Of a stretch of DNA of 64,000 bases, positions 46,170 to 56,751 are shown piece by piece; within the stretch, counting starts at the first letter, position 1; each line of letters opens with the position of its first letter. The DNA is taken from the NCBI GenBank assembly GCA_045644145.1, contig JAZRGK010000005.1, forward strand, positions 20,451 to 84,450. Direction: 5' to 3'. The notes beneath the pieces are model-generated. The model saw nothing but the letters and a program-made list of their open reading frames with translations, had not been told where the DNA came from and did no database searches. Source of the stretch: Candidatus Flemingiibacterium sp. (GTDB taxonomy: Bacteria > Bacillota > Clostridia > Oscillospirales > CAG-272). Made by a program: the position numbers and the translations under genes.

Positions 46170-47000
46170 TTATTCCGCAGAAGCCTCGTCAAGCCAACGG
46201 TTATACGCCGCAAGTGTTGCATCGGCATCTGCATAGCAATCCTTAAGCTCAGGACGCCAAGGAAGCTCCCACTCAAGCGAAAGACATCCGTCATACCCCG
46301 CCCCTTCAAGCAGCTTCAGCACCTTTGCAAGCGGCACAGCCCCTTTACCAAGAGCCGTATGACGGTACTGTGTCAGCGTTTTATCCTCTTGGGGTACGCC
46401 GTCCTTTAGATGGACGTGTACAAGACGGTCTCCCATTATTTTTACGGATTCCTCTACAGGTTCTTGGAACTCCATAGAATGAATAACGTCCCACAGCACC
46501 TTTAGGTTATCTACTCCCACCATATCACAAAGCTCACATATAGATTTTGCGGTAGAGAGCGCACTGTGAGTTTCCGCCCATATCTCAACGCCTTTTTCTT
46601 TTGCGTAAGCACACATTTCCATGAGCGTTTCAGCTATTCCATCAAGACTTTGGTTTGGAACATCGGAAAATGTCTTCATATGTGCGCCAACAAAAATACG
46701 GATGCCTTTTGCACCCAATGCCGATGCAAAATCTATGCATTTCTTTGCCTTTTTAAGCATTACATCGTTTTTATCAGCAAGACTTACTGCTGTGGCAAGG
46801 TCAAGCACTGTGCAACCTGCGTTTTCAAATTTTGCTTTGATCTCATCGGCTTTTTCTATGCCAAGTCCGCAAAGATTTTCGTCCGGATCAAGTCTGACCT
46901 CAAGATATTTGATGCTTGCCTTATTTGCATGAGCAATAATCTCATCAATATCTGCATTCATGCAGGTAAGTGTGCTGAATGCACGTTTAAACTTTTTCAT
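46170..47000 (-). CDS. Sugar phosphate isomerase/epimerase (xylose-isomerase-like TIM barrel)
   Basis: 276 aa with YLEVRLD...GIRIFVG...IWAETH...LVHVHLKD...SLEWE. Confidence 0.75.
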   Translation of the reverse strand: MKKFKRAFSTLTCMNADIDEIIAHANKASIKYLEVRLDPDENLCGLGIEKADEIKAKFENAGCTVLDLATAVSLADKNDVMLKKAKKCIDFASALGAKGIRIFVGAHMKTFSDVPNQSLDGIAETLMEMCAYAKEKGVEIWAETHSALSTAKSICELCDMVGVDNLKVLWDVIHSMEFQEPVEESVKIMGDRLVHVHLKDGVPQEDKTLTQYRHTALGKGAVPLAKVLKLLEGAGYDGCLSLEWELPWRPELKDCYADADATLAAYNRWLDEASAE

Positions 47001-47047
47001 ACCGTGCTCCCTATATATTGTTTCGTATGATAAATATACAGTTTTTC

Positions 47048-47335
47048 TTAAAAATACTGATGCTTACATTTAGGGCACTTTGGATAGTCAAAATCGTGTA
47101 CTGTTCCGCAACTCGGGCAGGTTTTTTGAGGCAGCTCATCACGGAGCTCCTGCTCCTCGGAAAGATAGAATTCTAACTTATGGCAAGCTGGGCATATGTA
47201 GATACAAACATCAAGAGCACCTGCCAAAAGATTTGGAAGATCGCCAAGCACCCAACCTGTTTTGCCAAGCTGTATATTTTCTCTAGACAAAAAGCGCATA
47301 ATTTCGCCGCATCCGGCACAAGTAATCTCTTTCAT
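47048..47335 (-). CDS. Small zinc-ribbon protein (four CxxC pairs)
   Basis: I use the internal start MKEITCAGCGEIM... (95 aa), which gives CxxC at 6/9, 48/51, 73/76 and 86/89. The longer track ORF (to 47665) crosses a terminator and the end of the permease gene. Confidence 0.5.
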   Translation of the reverse strand: MKEITCAGCGEIMRFLSRENIQLGKTGWVLGDLPNLLAGALDVCIYICPACHKLEFYLSEEQELRDELPQKTCPSCGTVHDFDYPKCPKCKHQYF

Positions 47336-47524
47336 AGCTGCCCCTTCCGGCTTTCTAAGTGCATAAGCCCTTTTAAAGTTTCTGTAGACGATAGGTAAAA
47401 AACTCAGAACAAATTTTTTGATAATGGACTGTTTCCGTCTTATGCTTCTCCATAAATAAAGTATAGCACACACCGCAAAAAAAGTCAATGACCTATCTAT
47501 CTGCAAATTCTCCCCATTAAAATG

Positions 47525-47562
47525 AAAATAACTGCCGTACGAAGTACAGCAGTTATTTTTTC
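47525..47562 (-). terminator. Terminator ending the long ABC/NHL-Yip1 operon
   Basis: aaaataactgccgtac gaa gtacagcagttatttt with T-runs on both strands. Confidence 0.75.
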
Positions 47563-47568
47563 CTTTAA

Positions 47569-48627
47569 TTAACCAACGATACCGGAACGCTCGATACCAC
47601 CGATCAGGTATCTCTGCAGGAAAACATACATAATCAGAAGAGGAAGCAGTATTAAAAGACCGCAAGTGTTTCTGATAGCAGATTCATACAGATTCTGAGC
47701 CGCATACTGTGTATCAAGACTAGCAGGTATACCAACGATACTCGGCATGAGTGTCATACCGGTCTTGGTGAAGAATACCGTGGTATAGAAGTTATCCGTC
47801 CACTGCCACGAGAACGCAAACAGGAAGATAGTAATCATCATCGGCACAGAAAGCGGGAGTATGATCTGAAGGAATGTTCTGAACACGCCCGAGCCGTCGA
47901 TATATGCGGATTCTTCAAGTTCGTCCGGAACACCGTGGAAGAACTGACGCATCATGAAGATATAGAGTCCGTTCTTGAACGCAAGACCGCCAAGTGACAG
48001 CAATGCAAGCGGCCAGTAGGTGTTGTTGAGATTAAGGGAGGAGAACGGAAGAATACGAAGCCATTCAAACACGCCGCCGCCGAGGAACTTGAATATTCCG
48101 AGGATATCGAAATATCTGAACTTCATGAACATAGAGAGCTGAAGTGTTCTATGGGGAATTACCATCGTAAAGATTACGAGGAAAAACAGCAGCTTATTGC
48201 CCTTGAACTTAAACTTAGCAAGACCGTAGCCGATTACACAGCATACAAAGGTCTGAATAAGTCCGCAGAGCACCGAAAGCGTAAATGTGTTGAATAGTGC
48301 TGTAAAATATCCGTTTTCACTGATGATTGCTTTATAGGTATCAAGGGTGGGGTACTTCGGAATCAGCTTTACCGTTACATCAACGAAGTCTTCTTTGCTC
48401 ATAAACGAACCGGAGATCTTAGCGAAGAACGGGAAAAGAATAACGTACGAAATACCGATAAGCAGAACGTAGGTGAAAATTCTTACAACAACATTCTTGA
48501 AGAAATTCATGTTGAGGAATTTCGCCTTGAGACGCTCCTTCAGAGGGGTTCTTTCAAACTCAACTCTGATTTTATTTTTGCTCTCCTTCATAACGCGGGG
48601 AGCATTTTGTGTCTGTTGAGAATTCAT
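47569..48627 (-). CDS. Carbohydrate ABC transporter permease (MalG-like)
   Basis: 352 aa with multiple TM helices. ESAYIDGSGVFRTFLQIILPLSVP is the EAA-loop region. Confidence 0.85.
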   Translation of the reverse strand: MNSQQTQNAPRVMKESKNKIRVEFERTPLKERLKAKFLNMNFFKNVVVRIFTYVLLIGISYVILFPFFAKISGSFMSKEDFVDVTVKLIPKYPTLDTYKAIISENGYFTALFNTFTLSVLCGLIQTFVCCVIGYGLAKFKFKGNKLLFFLVIFTMVIPHRTLQLSMFMKFRYFDILGIFKFLGGGVFEWLRILPFSSLNLNNTYWPLALLSLGGLAFKNGLYIFMMRQFFHGVPDELEESAYIDGSGVFRTFLQIILPLSVPMMITIFLFAFSWQWTDNFYTTVFFTKTGMTLMPSIVGIPASLDTQYAAQNLYESAIRNTCGLLILLPLLIMYVFLQRYLIGGIERSGIVG

Positions 48628-48639
48628 TTGTTATCCTCC

Positions 48640-49614
48640 TTAATCGCGTTTCTGATAGAAGACGTAAGAGCTGAGAAGAGCAGCTACAATACCGATAATA
48701 ACGAGCACTATCAGGAAGTATATCCAAGACATAGCGGAACTGAGTACGTTACCGCCTGCAGTATCGTATATATTTGAAATATATGTCATTACCGTATTCG
48801 ACTGAGACGTGAAGGAGTCGATGACCGTGTAGACTGAGTTTACAAGGATCATCGGGCTTATCATCGGGAAAGTAACCTTCCAGAATGTTTCCCACGCGCT
48901 TGCACCGTCTATAGAACAAGACTCGTAAATTGCGGGAGAAATGGACTGAAGACCTGCAAGATAAATAAGCATCTGTACACCCGAGCGGTTGATAATATCA
49001 TAAATATTGTTAACCATATTTACAACGTAATCAACAAGCTCTGTACCAACCTTCATGTTTTCAAACAATCGCTCAATATCAACCGCCGAAAGTATCTCTG
49101 TTGTCGTGTTCTGCCCCGAACCATCGTTAATACCCTCTTCGGTGTTGCCCATGTAGTCGAGCATCGTGTTGGACTGGTCGATCTGGTCAACAAGACCGGT
49201 AGAGATAATAACGGGTATGAAGAAGATTGCACGGAACGCAGCGCGTCCTGCCATCTTCTGGTTGAGAAGAACCGCTATAAAGAGCGAGAAAATTACAATC
49301 GCAGGGATATCAAATATAAGCTGCTGGATACCGGAAGTAAGTGTCTGAACAAACTGTGGGTCTACGAAAAGTGCCTTCTGGTAGTTTTGAAGTCCTACAA
49401 ATGTAAGCGTAAAGCCGCCGCCGCGTCCGTATTGAATCTTATTAAGGCTAAACTTAATGGAGTCAATAACGATCGGAAGATAGATGATTATAAAGCTGAG
49501 TACGAAGGGGAGCACGAACACCCAACCCGCACGAGCTTTCTTTGCATCAAGAGAGGCGATGCGCTTACGCTTCTTGGAAGCGCCGGACTTTGTAAGCTTT
49601 GCTTGGCTATTCAT
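48640..49614 (-). CDS. Sugar ABC transporter permease (MalF-like)
   Basis: 324 aa with ESCSIDGASAWETFWKVTFPMISP as the EAA loop. Confidence 0.85.
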   Translation of the reverse strand: MNSQAKLTKSGASKKRKRIASLDAKKARAGWVFVLPFVLSFIIIYLPIVIDSIKFSLNKIQYGRGGGFTLTFVGLQNYQKALFVDPQFVQTLTSGIQQLIFDIPAIVIFSLFIAVLLNQKMAGRAAFRAIFFIPVIISTGLVDQIDQSNTMLDYMGNTEEGINDGSGQNTTTEILSAVDIERLFENMKVGTELVDYVVNMVNNIYDIINRSGVQMLIYLAGLQSISPAIYESCSIDGASAWETFWKVTFPMISPMILVNSVYTVIDSFTSQSNTVMTYISNIYDTAGGNVLSSAMSWIYFLIVLVIIGIVAALLSSYVFYQKRD

Positions 49615-49633
49615 ATATTACACCTCTCTTTTC

Positions 49634-52600
49634 TTATTTAACCTTTACGAAATCAAGTGCGCCGACAGTATAGGTTTTGCCGCCGTCCTCTACAGTGATC
49701 TCGAAGTTATTGTAGTTAAGGATGAAGGATACGCCGCCCTCGTAAGTTACCTTAACGATGCGTCCGTCGTCGGATGTATACTTGGTGTATACATACTCGT
49801 CGTTGCCCCCATCTGTCTTTCCACCGATCACACCAGAAGCCGAACCAACTATAACAGTGGGCTGGGAAACAGTCTCACCGCTCTCGGCCGCCTTAAGAGC
49901 TGCAAGACGGTCAGCAAGCTTCTGCGCCTTCTCTGCCTTTTCAGCCGCGATCTTTGCTTCTTCCTCTGCAAGAACAGCAGCCTCTTCAGCAGCTATTCTG
50001 TCAGCCTCTGCTTCTTCAGCGGTGGGAACACGCTCACCGATAAGGAACTCGTGACCTACTATCTGCTTATCCTGGAGATCGCCGATAGCATCGTTGAGGG
50101 TTGTGTAGATTTCCACAACCTCATCCTTCCAAATGTCGAATGCAACAGAGTAATACTTGTTGAATTCAACGTCTTCCTTGAGAAGTGAGGTATTCTGCAT
50201 AGAAAGGGTGAAGTAAAGGGATGCACCGTTCTCAATTGCCTTAAGAAGCTCATAATCGGTATCGCCTGCCATGTTGATCGCATTGCCCGCAAATCCTACA
50301 CAGCCATGGAGAACAAGTCCCACAAACGGAACAGCCTCACTTGCATTGGAATAACGGCTGGAGTCAAGGGGTGCACCAATAATATGGTCAGCGTAGCTTA
50401 CAGCATACATGTTACCGCCATTGATCATCACATTGCCATATGCCTCATCGATATCAGCAAGAAGATCGGTGGTAAACACCTTTGTATCCTCGCGGTTGTA
50501 AGGCTCATCCTCGTCAAAGTCGGAGTTCAGATCCGTGCCGAGTGTAGAAACCGAAATTCCGATAGGAGAAAGCTTGCTATATTCCTCATTGAAGTTTTCA
50601 AAGACGTATTCGTAAACAGAGGGAGAGATAGCGAGCGAATATCCCCTTTCAAAAGACTGAAGCGTAGAATCGTAGTGACGCTTGGTGGTATAACGGTTAT
50701 CCATTGTCTTTATAAGATGCTTACCCTTGGAAATACCGTCAAACGCTTCAAACACCTTTACATTAGCAAAGTCGAAATCCGGATATACACCAATAGAGTT
50801 CTCATTTGCAAACTCAACAAACTCCTTGAATCCGTCATTGCCGCCTACAGCTGTCTCAAACTCAACATGATAGGGGTAAGTATTATTCATACCGCCGTTG
50901 GTATAACCTGTCAGCTTATAGTTGACATTGGTAATACCTGCTTCGGAGAGAGTGGTGTACATAGTCTTAAGGTCCTCAAACGTGGTAAGGGGCTTAAGAA
51001 CAGTAACGGGAATTGAAAGAATTCTCTCGATAGTCTCGATCGCACCAAAAGATTCAATGTACAGCGGAATATCGTTATCAGGATCTTTGATCTCTGTCAG
51101 TATACCTTCCTCGATAAGATAATCCCTGTATGCCTTTGCCATACCTACATAGCTGTCCTCGTAGTAATCCTCAACCCCTGCAGCCTTTGCAGTTTCTTCG
51201 GAAGTAAGCATGATGTACTTGATACGGTAGCTTCCGGTGTATTTGCGCTCGGAAACAACAGTATATGTTGCATCGGAGCCTACAGAAATCGCATCTGCAA
51301 GGTTGTAAGTATCCTTAGGTCTGGGATAGAATGTGGTATAAACAGTGTTGTACTTGTGAAGGTTTCCGCCATGCTCGGTACTGATCTCGGCGAGTGAATC
51401 ACCTTCCTCGATAATCGCAATGAAACCGGTGCTGAGCTTTCCTTCCGGAGCCTTATATGTAAAGCCCATCAGCTCCTGCTCGAAGGTGAGTGCCGGCGGA
51501 TCATATTTATCGGTTTCAACTATACCGTAAACGGGGAACCGCATGATTTCCTTGTTCTGACCGCTAACTTCCTGATAAGCGTAGTCCTGACCGTATATCT
51601 TGCCGGTAAGGGTAAGTGACTTGGTTTCTACGTCTTGGAAACGAACCAGTGTACCTGAGCCATCAGGAATAAAGGTGTACCCTTCCCAATCGGAAGAACC
51701 TGCACCGAACCACGGAAGCATGCTGATATAGGTAAGCTGATATGCGCTTTCGTCAAAACGGATACCGTTGGCAGGCAGACGCACATCAAGGGAACCGTCA
51801 TCGTCCAGCTTATACTCAAGAGAGAGTCTGAACAGTACGGGAGCCTTATCGACGCCGACATAGTCGGTGATAGTGTGATCCTCTTCAAGGGTTTCGTAGG
51901 TGTACTCAGGGCAGTATGTCTTTATCCAGCCCTCGATAAGGTTCAGCTCACGCTCTGTGGCAGTTGGGTCGAACACATAGATCGCCATCTGGTTACAAAT
52001 CGGGAAAGCTGCAAGAAGCTCACGTTTTCCGCGCTCGGTAAGACCCGGAGCGTTAGGATCCTGGAGCGTGTAGTATGACGTAAAGCGGTTTTTGGTACTG
52101 CCCTCAGGGAAATTCGCAACAAGCAGCTCCTCAAAACGCTCCTTTTCAATGCGCTTCGGTACAAGCTTACGGGTTTCTTCTCGACCCATGGTATACTCAA
52201 CGCGAACACCGTTCTTGATCTTCTTTACGTTGATCTGACCTCTCTGGCAAGCCTCAACAAAGCTAAACATTTCAAGTTCGGAAGTATTATCCACATACTT
52301 GATTGTAATCTGGGAAAGAAGTTCTTGCTTCAAGGACTTCGCACAATCGGTGGAAGAAACATCGTAGGGGTTGGAGAACAAAATCTGACCTGTTTTATTA
52401 TTTACATATGCAACCTCTCCGGACACAGGCTCAACATACAATGAGAAATTGCCTTTATCAAGGTATTTTGTCATTGTAGCCAGCTTATCCTCGGGAGTTT
52501 TGTAAATCTGAGAAAGATAGTCAATTGTAGGGGTTCCGGTATCCTCGTCAATGCCGGGAACGGGTGGCTCGGCATTGGCATTCGCCGCAGAAACCGGAAG

Positions 52601-52669
52601 TGCGGCGCTGAACATTCCCATCGCTAAAACAACAGACAGGAACGCCGATAATAATCTGAATTTTTTCAT
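49634..52669 (-). CDS. Large secreted protein of unknown function (DUF5696-like is my impression, not verified)
   Basis: 1011 aa with the signal peptide MKKFRLLSAFLSVVLAMGMFSAALPVSA and an A/E-rich coiled segment near the C-terminus. It is embedded between ABC permease pairs. Confidence 0.6.
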   Translation of the reverse strand: MKKFRLLSAFLSVVLAMGMFSAALPVSAANANAEPPVPGIDEDTGTPTIDYLSQIYKTPEDKLATMTKYLDKGNFSLYVEPVSGEVAYVNNKTGQILFSNPYDVSSTDCAKSLKQELLSQITIKYVDNTSELEMFSFVEACQRGQINVKKIKNGVRVEYTMGREETRKLVPKRIEKERFEELLVANFPEGSTKNRFTSYYTLQDPNAPGLTERGKRELLAAFPICNQMAIYVFDPTATERELNLIEGWIKTYCPEYTYETLEEDHTITDYVGVDKAPVLFRLSLEYKLDDDGSLDVRLPANGIRFDESAYQLTYISMLPWFGAGSSDWEGYTFIPDGSGTLVRFQDVETKSLTLTGKIYGQDYAYQEVSGQNKEIMRFPVYGIVETDKYDPPALTFEQELMGFTYKAPEGKLSTGFIAIIEEGDSLAEISTEHGGNLHKYNTVYTTFYPRPKDTYNLADAISVGSDATYTVVSERKYTGSYRIKYIMLTSEETAKAAGVEDYYEDSYVGMAKAYRDYLIEEGILTEIKDPDNDIPLYIESFGAIETIERILSIPVTVLKPLTTFEDLKTMYTTLSEAGITNVNYKLTGYTNGGMNNTYPYHVEFETAVGGNDGFKEFVEFANENSIGVYPDFDFANVKVFEAFDGISKGKHLIKTMDNRYTTKRHYDSTLQSFERGYSLAISPSVYEYVFENFNEEYSKLSPIGISVSTLGTDLNSDFDEDEPYNREDTKVFTTDLLADIDEAYGNVMINGGNMYAVSYADHIIGAPLDSSRYSNASEAVPFVGLVLHGCVGFAGNAINMAGDTDYELLKAIENGASLYFTLSMQNTSLLKEDVEFNKYYSVAFDIWKDEVVEIYTTLNDAIGDLQDKQIVGHEFLIGERVPTAEEAEADRIAAEEAAVLAEEEAKIAAEKAEKAQKLADRLAALKAAESGETVSQPTVIVGSASGVIGGKTDGGNDEYVYTKYTSDDGRIVKVTYEGGVSFILNYNNFEITVEDGGKTYTVGALDFVKVK

Positions 52670-52693
52670 TACTATAAACTCCTATCCTGTTAT

Positions 52694-54820
52694 TTACATA
52701 CGGAACGTGATCTCGGTGATAATACTGGAAACAAAGCTTACGATCTTGGCAAGCAATGTCGAGAACAGAACACCGATGAACATGATAATCGCCATGCCGA
52801 CGATTGTACCGATCGAAGTAAGCACGTTCTTAGAGAATGTGTAGTCGTGTGTTACCATCATACCGAAGAATATGAGTAAACCGCACCATACAAACGCGAA
52901 TGTTACAAGCAGGTTAATGATGGTAGACTCGGTAATCAGTGCTACATTTGAATAGAGAACCGAAGGAATAATGAGTATCGGCAGGGGAACAAGTGCATAG
53001 CTGGTAGCTACGAAAATATCCTTTAAGCTGCCCTCACCGTCGAAGAGTGTAGTCAGGCACCAGTTAGCTACAGTCCACAGGATTACAGGCACCATTACGG
53101 CGGTAATCTGAACAAAGATAGTCATGGAAGTCTGACGGGGATCGAAGATGTATCCGGTTCCCACATCCTGATAGAAGAATGTGAGGATTGCAAGTGCAAG
53201 CCATACAAACGAAGCTCTTACAGAGCCGCGCTGTTCATGCTTCAAATCCCAGAATCCGTCAAACGGATGCAGGATAAGGTGGCATGCGTAGATAAGCTCT
53301 TCCCAGAAGGTCTTTCTTCCCTTCTTGAGCTGAGTTTTCTTGTTGAGATTTGCCGCATACTTGTTGAAAAGCACGAAAAGCACAACAGCTACAATAACAA
53401 AGAGCGGAATCAAAAGAATATAGTTGGAAATCCAATTCTTTCTGATTTCCTTGAAGGATTCGGAGTAATTATCCGTATCGTAAGCAGACTTATAATATCC
53501 AAGAGACTCCTCGTACTCTGCACTTCTGTAAAGGCTCTTACCTATTCCGATGTACGCAGTGTCGAAGTTGTTGTTTCTCTTGAGAATCTCTGTCCAATAG
53601 TTAACAGTGGTGTCGTAGTTACGCTCATTGGTATTTCTGATAGCATCGAGAAGCAGATCGCCGTACTCGGTGCGTCTGAATACCGTAATATTATCCGCAG
53701 TCTTATCGAGTATAAGAATATCTGTATCAAGGTATGCAATAGCTTCGATAGACTGGATATTACCGAGCTGCTGACCTATATCGCCAAAGATGAAGAGCAG
53801 GTTTCCGTCCTCATCGTAGGTATAGATCTTGGAACGTTTTTCGTCGATGATGGACCATGTGTTTTCCGGACCTACAGCCGCATCGATGATCTTAGATGGG
53901 CCTTTGATCTCTGCCGTGGAAAGATTAGTTATATTAACCTCACCGCCGGGACCGAAGAAGCCGTTACGCTTCATAATGTCCGAACCTGCTGTATTAAGCT
54001 TCTTGACAGGAGCGTATGTGCCGCTCTTGTCCTGCAGCGCAGACTGCTGGGATTCCTCTTTTATTGAAGAAGTAGTAACGTAAATAAAGCCTTTTTCATC
54101 AATTGTAATATTATTAAACTCAGTAGAAATAAGCTTCTCGCTAAGTGCGCGCTGCTCTGCTGTCTGGAATCTTCTCCATATTATCTGCAAAGGATCAGGG
54201 GTAACCTTCTGGGCACCTATAAATCCCTGGAATACGCCATCCTCATTGATAGCGATAACACCCATGTATGTAGATGAGGATACAACATAGATACGTCCGT
54301 ATGCATCTACCGCAAGAGCAACCGGTTTATAGATGGAGCCTGCGGGGAATACGTCTGCATCCGGCTCTTCGATAACCTTATAGAAGGTACCGTCAAGCTC
54401 AAACATAACAATACGGTTATTATCAGTATCTGCAACATATATCTTATCCTCGGTTACAAACACACCGGAGGGAGATTTAAGTGCATCCGGAACACCGTTC
54501 TGGTTAATAAATTCATTGATTGTAAACTTAACCTTGAAATATCTGTCAAGCACTACTATGCGGTTATTTGCCGCATCTGCGATATAGATATTCTTGTTTC
54601 CGTCAACAACCATATCCCTGGGATCATCGATAGGAGTTTCAAGCCCCATATAAGCGGAATCCACCTGTCTGTCAGGCACATATGCGTCCGGCGACATGAG
54701 TGCGAAACCATCGATAGAATAGGTGTATGTGGAATAGGGAGTAATAGCTCCGAGAGGCATACATCCAAGCACAAGGATAAGGCACGCTGCGAGGGCAAGA
54801 ATTTTTGTAAGTTTTTTCAT
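52694..54820 (-). CDS. NHL-repeat beta-propeller fused to a C-terminal Yip1-type multi-TM domain
   Basis: It has a signal peptide. NHL-like repeats follow (NKNIYIADAANNRIVVLD, DKIYVADTDNNRIVMFELDG, GRIYVVSS, GFIYVTTS, DGNLLFIFGD). Next is a TPR-like segment, then five or six TM helices at the C-terminus. Confidence 0.7.
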   Translation of the reverse strand: MKKLTKILALAACLILVLGCMPLGAITPYSTYTYSIDGFALMSPDAYVPDRQVDSAYMGLETPIDDPRDMVVDGNKNIYIADAANNRIVVLDRYFKVKFTINEFINQNGVPDALKSPSGVFVTEDKIYVADTDNNRIVMFELDGTFYKVIEEPDADVFPAGSIYKPVALAVDAYGRIYVVSSSTYMGVIAINEDGVFQGFIGAQKVTPDPLQIIWRRFQTAEQRALSEKLISTEFNNITIDEKGFIYVTTSSIKEESQQSALQDKSGTYAPVKKLNTAGSDIMKRNGFFGPGGEVNITNLSTAEIKGPSKIIDAAVGPENTWSIIDEKRSKIYTYDEDGNLLFIFGDIGQQLGNIQSIEAIAYLDTDILILDKTADNITVFRRTEYGDLLLDAIRNTNERNYDTTVNYWTEILKRNNNFDTAYIGIGKSLYRSAEYEESLGYYKSAYDTDNYSESFKEIRKNWISNYILLIPLFVIVAVVLFVLFNKYAANLNKKTQLKKGRKTFWEELIYACHLILHPFDGFWDLKHEQRGSVRASFVWLALAILTFFYQDVGTGYIFDPRQTSMTIFVQITAVMVPVILWTVANWCLTTLFDGEGSLKDIFVATSYALVPLPILIIPSVLYSNVALITESTIINLLVTFAFVWCGLLIFFGMMVTHDYTFSKNVLTSIGTIVGMAIIMFIGVLFSTLLAKIVSFVSSIITEITFRM

Positions 54821-54831
54821 TATTACCCTCC

Positions 54832-55704
54832 TTAGTCTTTCATACCGGACGAACCCATCGTCTCGATGATGTTACTCTGTGTGATGATAAATACAGCTAT
54901 CGGCACAGCCATCATAATTACCTGAGAAGCTGCTGCCGCACCTGCACGGGCGATACCGCCGGCTACGATCTGGTTAATTGCGTAGTTGAATGTCTTAAGC
55001 TGTTCGGAATAGATGTAAATGGAACTGCCTGCATTCCAAAGTCCCTGGAAGGAGTAGATGATAAGAGTAAGCCAAGCAGGCTTAACCATCGGCATCGCAA
55101 TCCTAAGGAATGTATAGAACTCGGAAGCACCGTCAAGACGTGCGGATTCAAGCACCGCATCCGAAACGGAAGACTCCATAAACTGCTTCATGAGGTAAAG
55201 ACCGAGGGAAGTACACCAAGCAGGAACGATAATTGCAAAGTAAGTATCAACCCAGTTGAGCATACTCATGGTGAGGTAGTTTGCAATAGCGGTAACAGTA
55301 CCGTGGAACATAAGGGAAAGCACGATAACCTCGAATATCCACTTACGTCCGGGGAACTTGATCTTCGCAAGAGCATAAGCTGCAAGCGAGGAAAACATAA
55401 GGTTACCTGCAGTACCTGCAACGGAAATGAACACGGTATTGAATATGTATCTTGAGAAAGGTACCCAAGAGGTGCTCATCAGTTTAAACAGGTCGGTAAA
55501 ATTATCGAGCGTAGGGCTCTTAACATAGAAACGCGGGGGGAACATCCAAAGCTCATCAAGGGGCTTCAGTGACTGCATGATAACGTAAAGCATCGGCAGG
55601 AACATGAAAGCTCCGAGAAGGATGAGCATTACGTTAATTCCTATGTCGCCTCCAACCGAACGGTTGAGGACAACTTTATGTTTTCTGGTTCTTAATTTTG
55701 CCAT
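54832..55704 (-). CDS. Carbohydrate ABC transporter permease
   Basis: 290 aa with ESARLDGASEFYTFLRIAMPMVKP as the EAA loop. Confidence 0.88.
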   Translation of the reverse strand: MAKLRTRKHKVVLNRSVGGDIGINVMLILLGAFMFLPMLYVIMQSLKPLDELWMFPPRFYVKSPTLDNFTDLFKLMSTSWVPFSRYIFNTVFISVAGTAGNLMFSSLAAYALAKIKFPGRKWIFEVIVLSLMFHGTVTAIANYLTMSMLNWVDTYFAIIVPAWCTSLGLYLMKQFMESSVSDAVLESARLDGASEFYTFLRIAMPMVKPAWLTLIIYSFQGLWNAGSSIYIYSEQLKTFNYAINQIVAGGIARAGAAAASQVIMMAVPIAVFIITQSNIIETMGSSGMKD

Positions 55705-55705
55705 T

Positions 55706-56662
55706 TTATTGTCCCACCTTCGATAAGAGTTTCTTGATTACAAGGTTGCATCCTACCATGATTATAAAGAGGATAACCGCGATTGTGGAGGAGTAACCTA
55801 CCTCAAAACGCTGTCCGCCGTAGTCATCAAGGTGATGCATGATTGTGTGTGCTGCATAGTCAACAGACGGGAATCCGGCAAGCGCTGTAACGACAGCACC
55901 GAATCCGAAAGAGTTGGTAATACTCATAACCGCACCGAACATGAGCTGAGGCTTCATAGTCGGAAGGGTGATGTACCAAAGCTCCTGCCATCTGTTTCTT
56001 ACACCGTCAACGGCACCTGCTTCATAAAGTGATTTATCAATGGTCTGAAGACCTGCGATAAACGAAAGGAAGGAAGTACCGAGAGATGTCCAAAGAGCAA
56101 CGACAATACAAAGAGGCATAACGTAGTTCGCATCACTGAACCAAAGGATCGGGTCAGTGATAATACCTAATTCCATCAGCCACGCATTGGCGTAACCGTG
56201 AGCATCGCCGGAGAAAAGTGCTGCCCAAACAAGGTAAACCGAACCGGCAATAGACGGAGCGTAGAATATAAGCGTTACAACCGCACGGATCTTGGGCGCA
56301 AGCTCATTTATGAACCACGCAACAAGCAGTGAAATAAGGTAAGATGCGGGACCGGTGATAGATGCGAACACAAGGGTGTTCTGACACGCGGTCATGAATA
56401 TATCATCATCAAGGAACAGTCTTATATAGTTGTCCATGAAGATGAACCTGGGGAATTCGAGCATGTTAAACTCGGTGAAGCTGAGTATTATCGAAAGCAC
56501 AACCGGGAATACGGTGAAGATCGTAAAGAGAATCATGAAAGGCGCAATCATGAAATATGCGGTCTTATTACGAGCAATCTCTTTAAGAGTCCACTGGAAT
56601 TTGGTCATGTCTTTACGAGATGTCGGCTTCGGTGTTTTAACAGCCGCTGCATTCTGTGACAT
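55706..56662 (-). CDS. Sugar ABC transporter permease
   Basis: The start is moved to MSQNAAAV, with AAGGAG 9 nt upstream. EAGAVDGVRNRWQELWYITLPTMKP is the EAA loop. Confidence 0.85.
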   Translation of the reverse strand: MSQNAAAVKTPKPTSRKDMTKFQWTLKEIARNKTAYFMIAPFMILFTIFTVFPVVLSIILSFTEFNMLEFPRFIFMDNYIRLFLDDDIFMTACQNTLVFASITGPASYLISLLVAWFINELAPKIRAVVTLIFYAPSIAGSVYLVWAALFSGDAHGYANAWLMELGIITDPILWFSDANYVMPLCIVVALWTSLGTSFLSFIAGLQTIDKSLYEAGAVDGVRNRWQELWYITLPTMKPQLMFGAVMSITNSFGFGAVVTALAGFPSVDYAAHTIMHHLDDYGGQRFEVGYSSTIAVILFIIMVGCNLVIKKLLSKVGQ

Positions 56663-56751
56663 GTGTGTTCTCTCCTTTACTGATTTGATTATCACGCTGT
56701 GCCCGTCTTGCCGCTCCGAGATAAGAGCGGCAGATAGGCTTTGCAGTAAGA

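Noticed and set aside
47336-47665. N-terminal 110 codons of the 205-aa track ORF
   Set aside because: This extension runs through the operon terminator (47525..47562) and into the 3' end of the permease gene. The zinc-ribbon protein starts more plausibly at 47335.
49484-51016. + strand ORFs of 234 and 236 aa inside the 1011-aa secreted-protein gene and the permease junction
   Set aside because: They are antisense shadow ORFs. The minus-strand genes have signal peptides, EAA loops and RBSs.
53237-54067. 276-aa + strand ORF
   Set aside because: It is antisense to the NHL-Yip1 gene and has no RBS or motifs.
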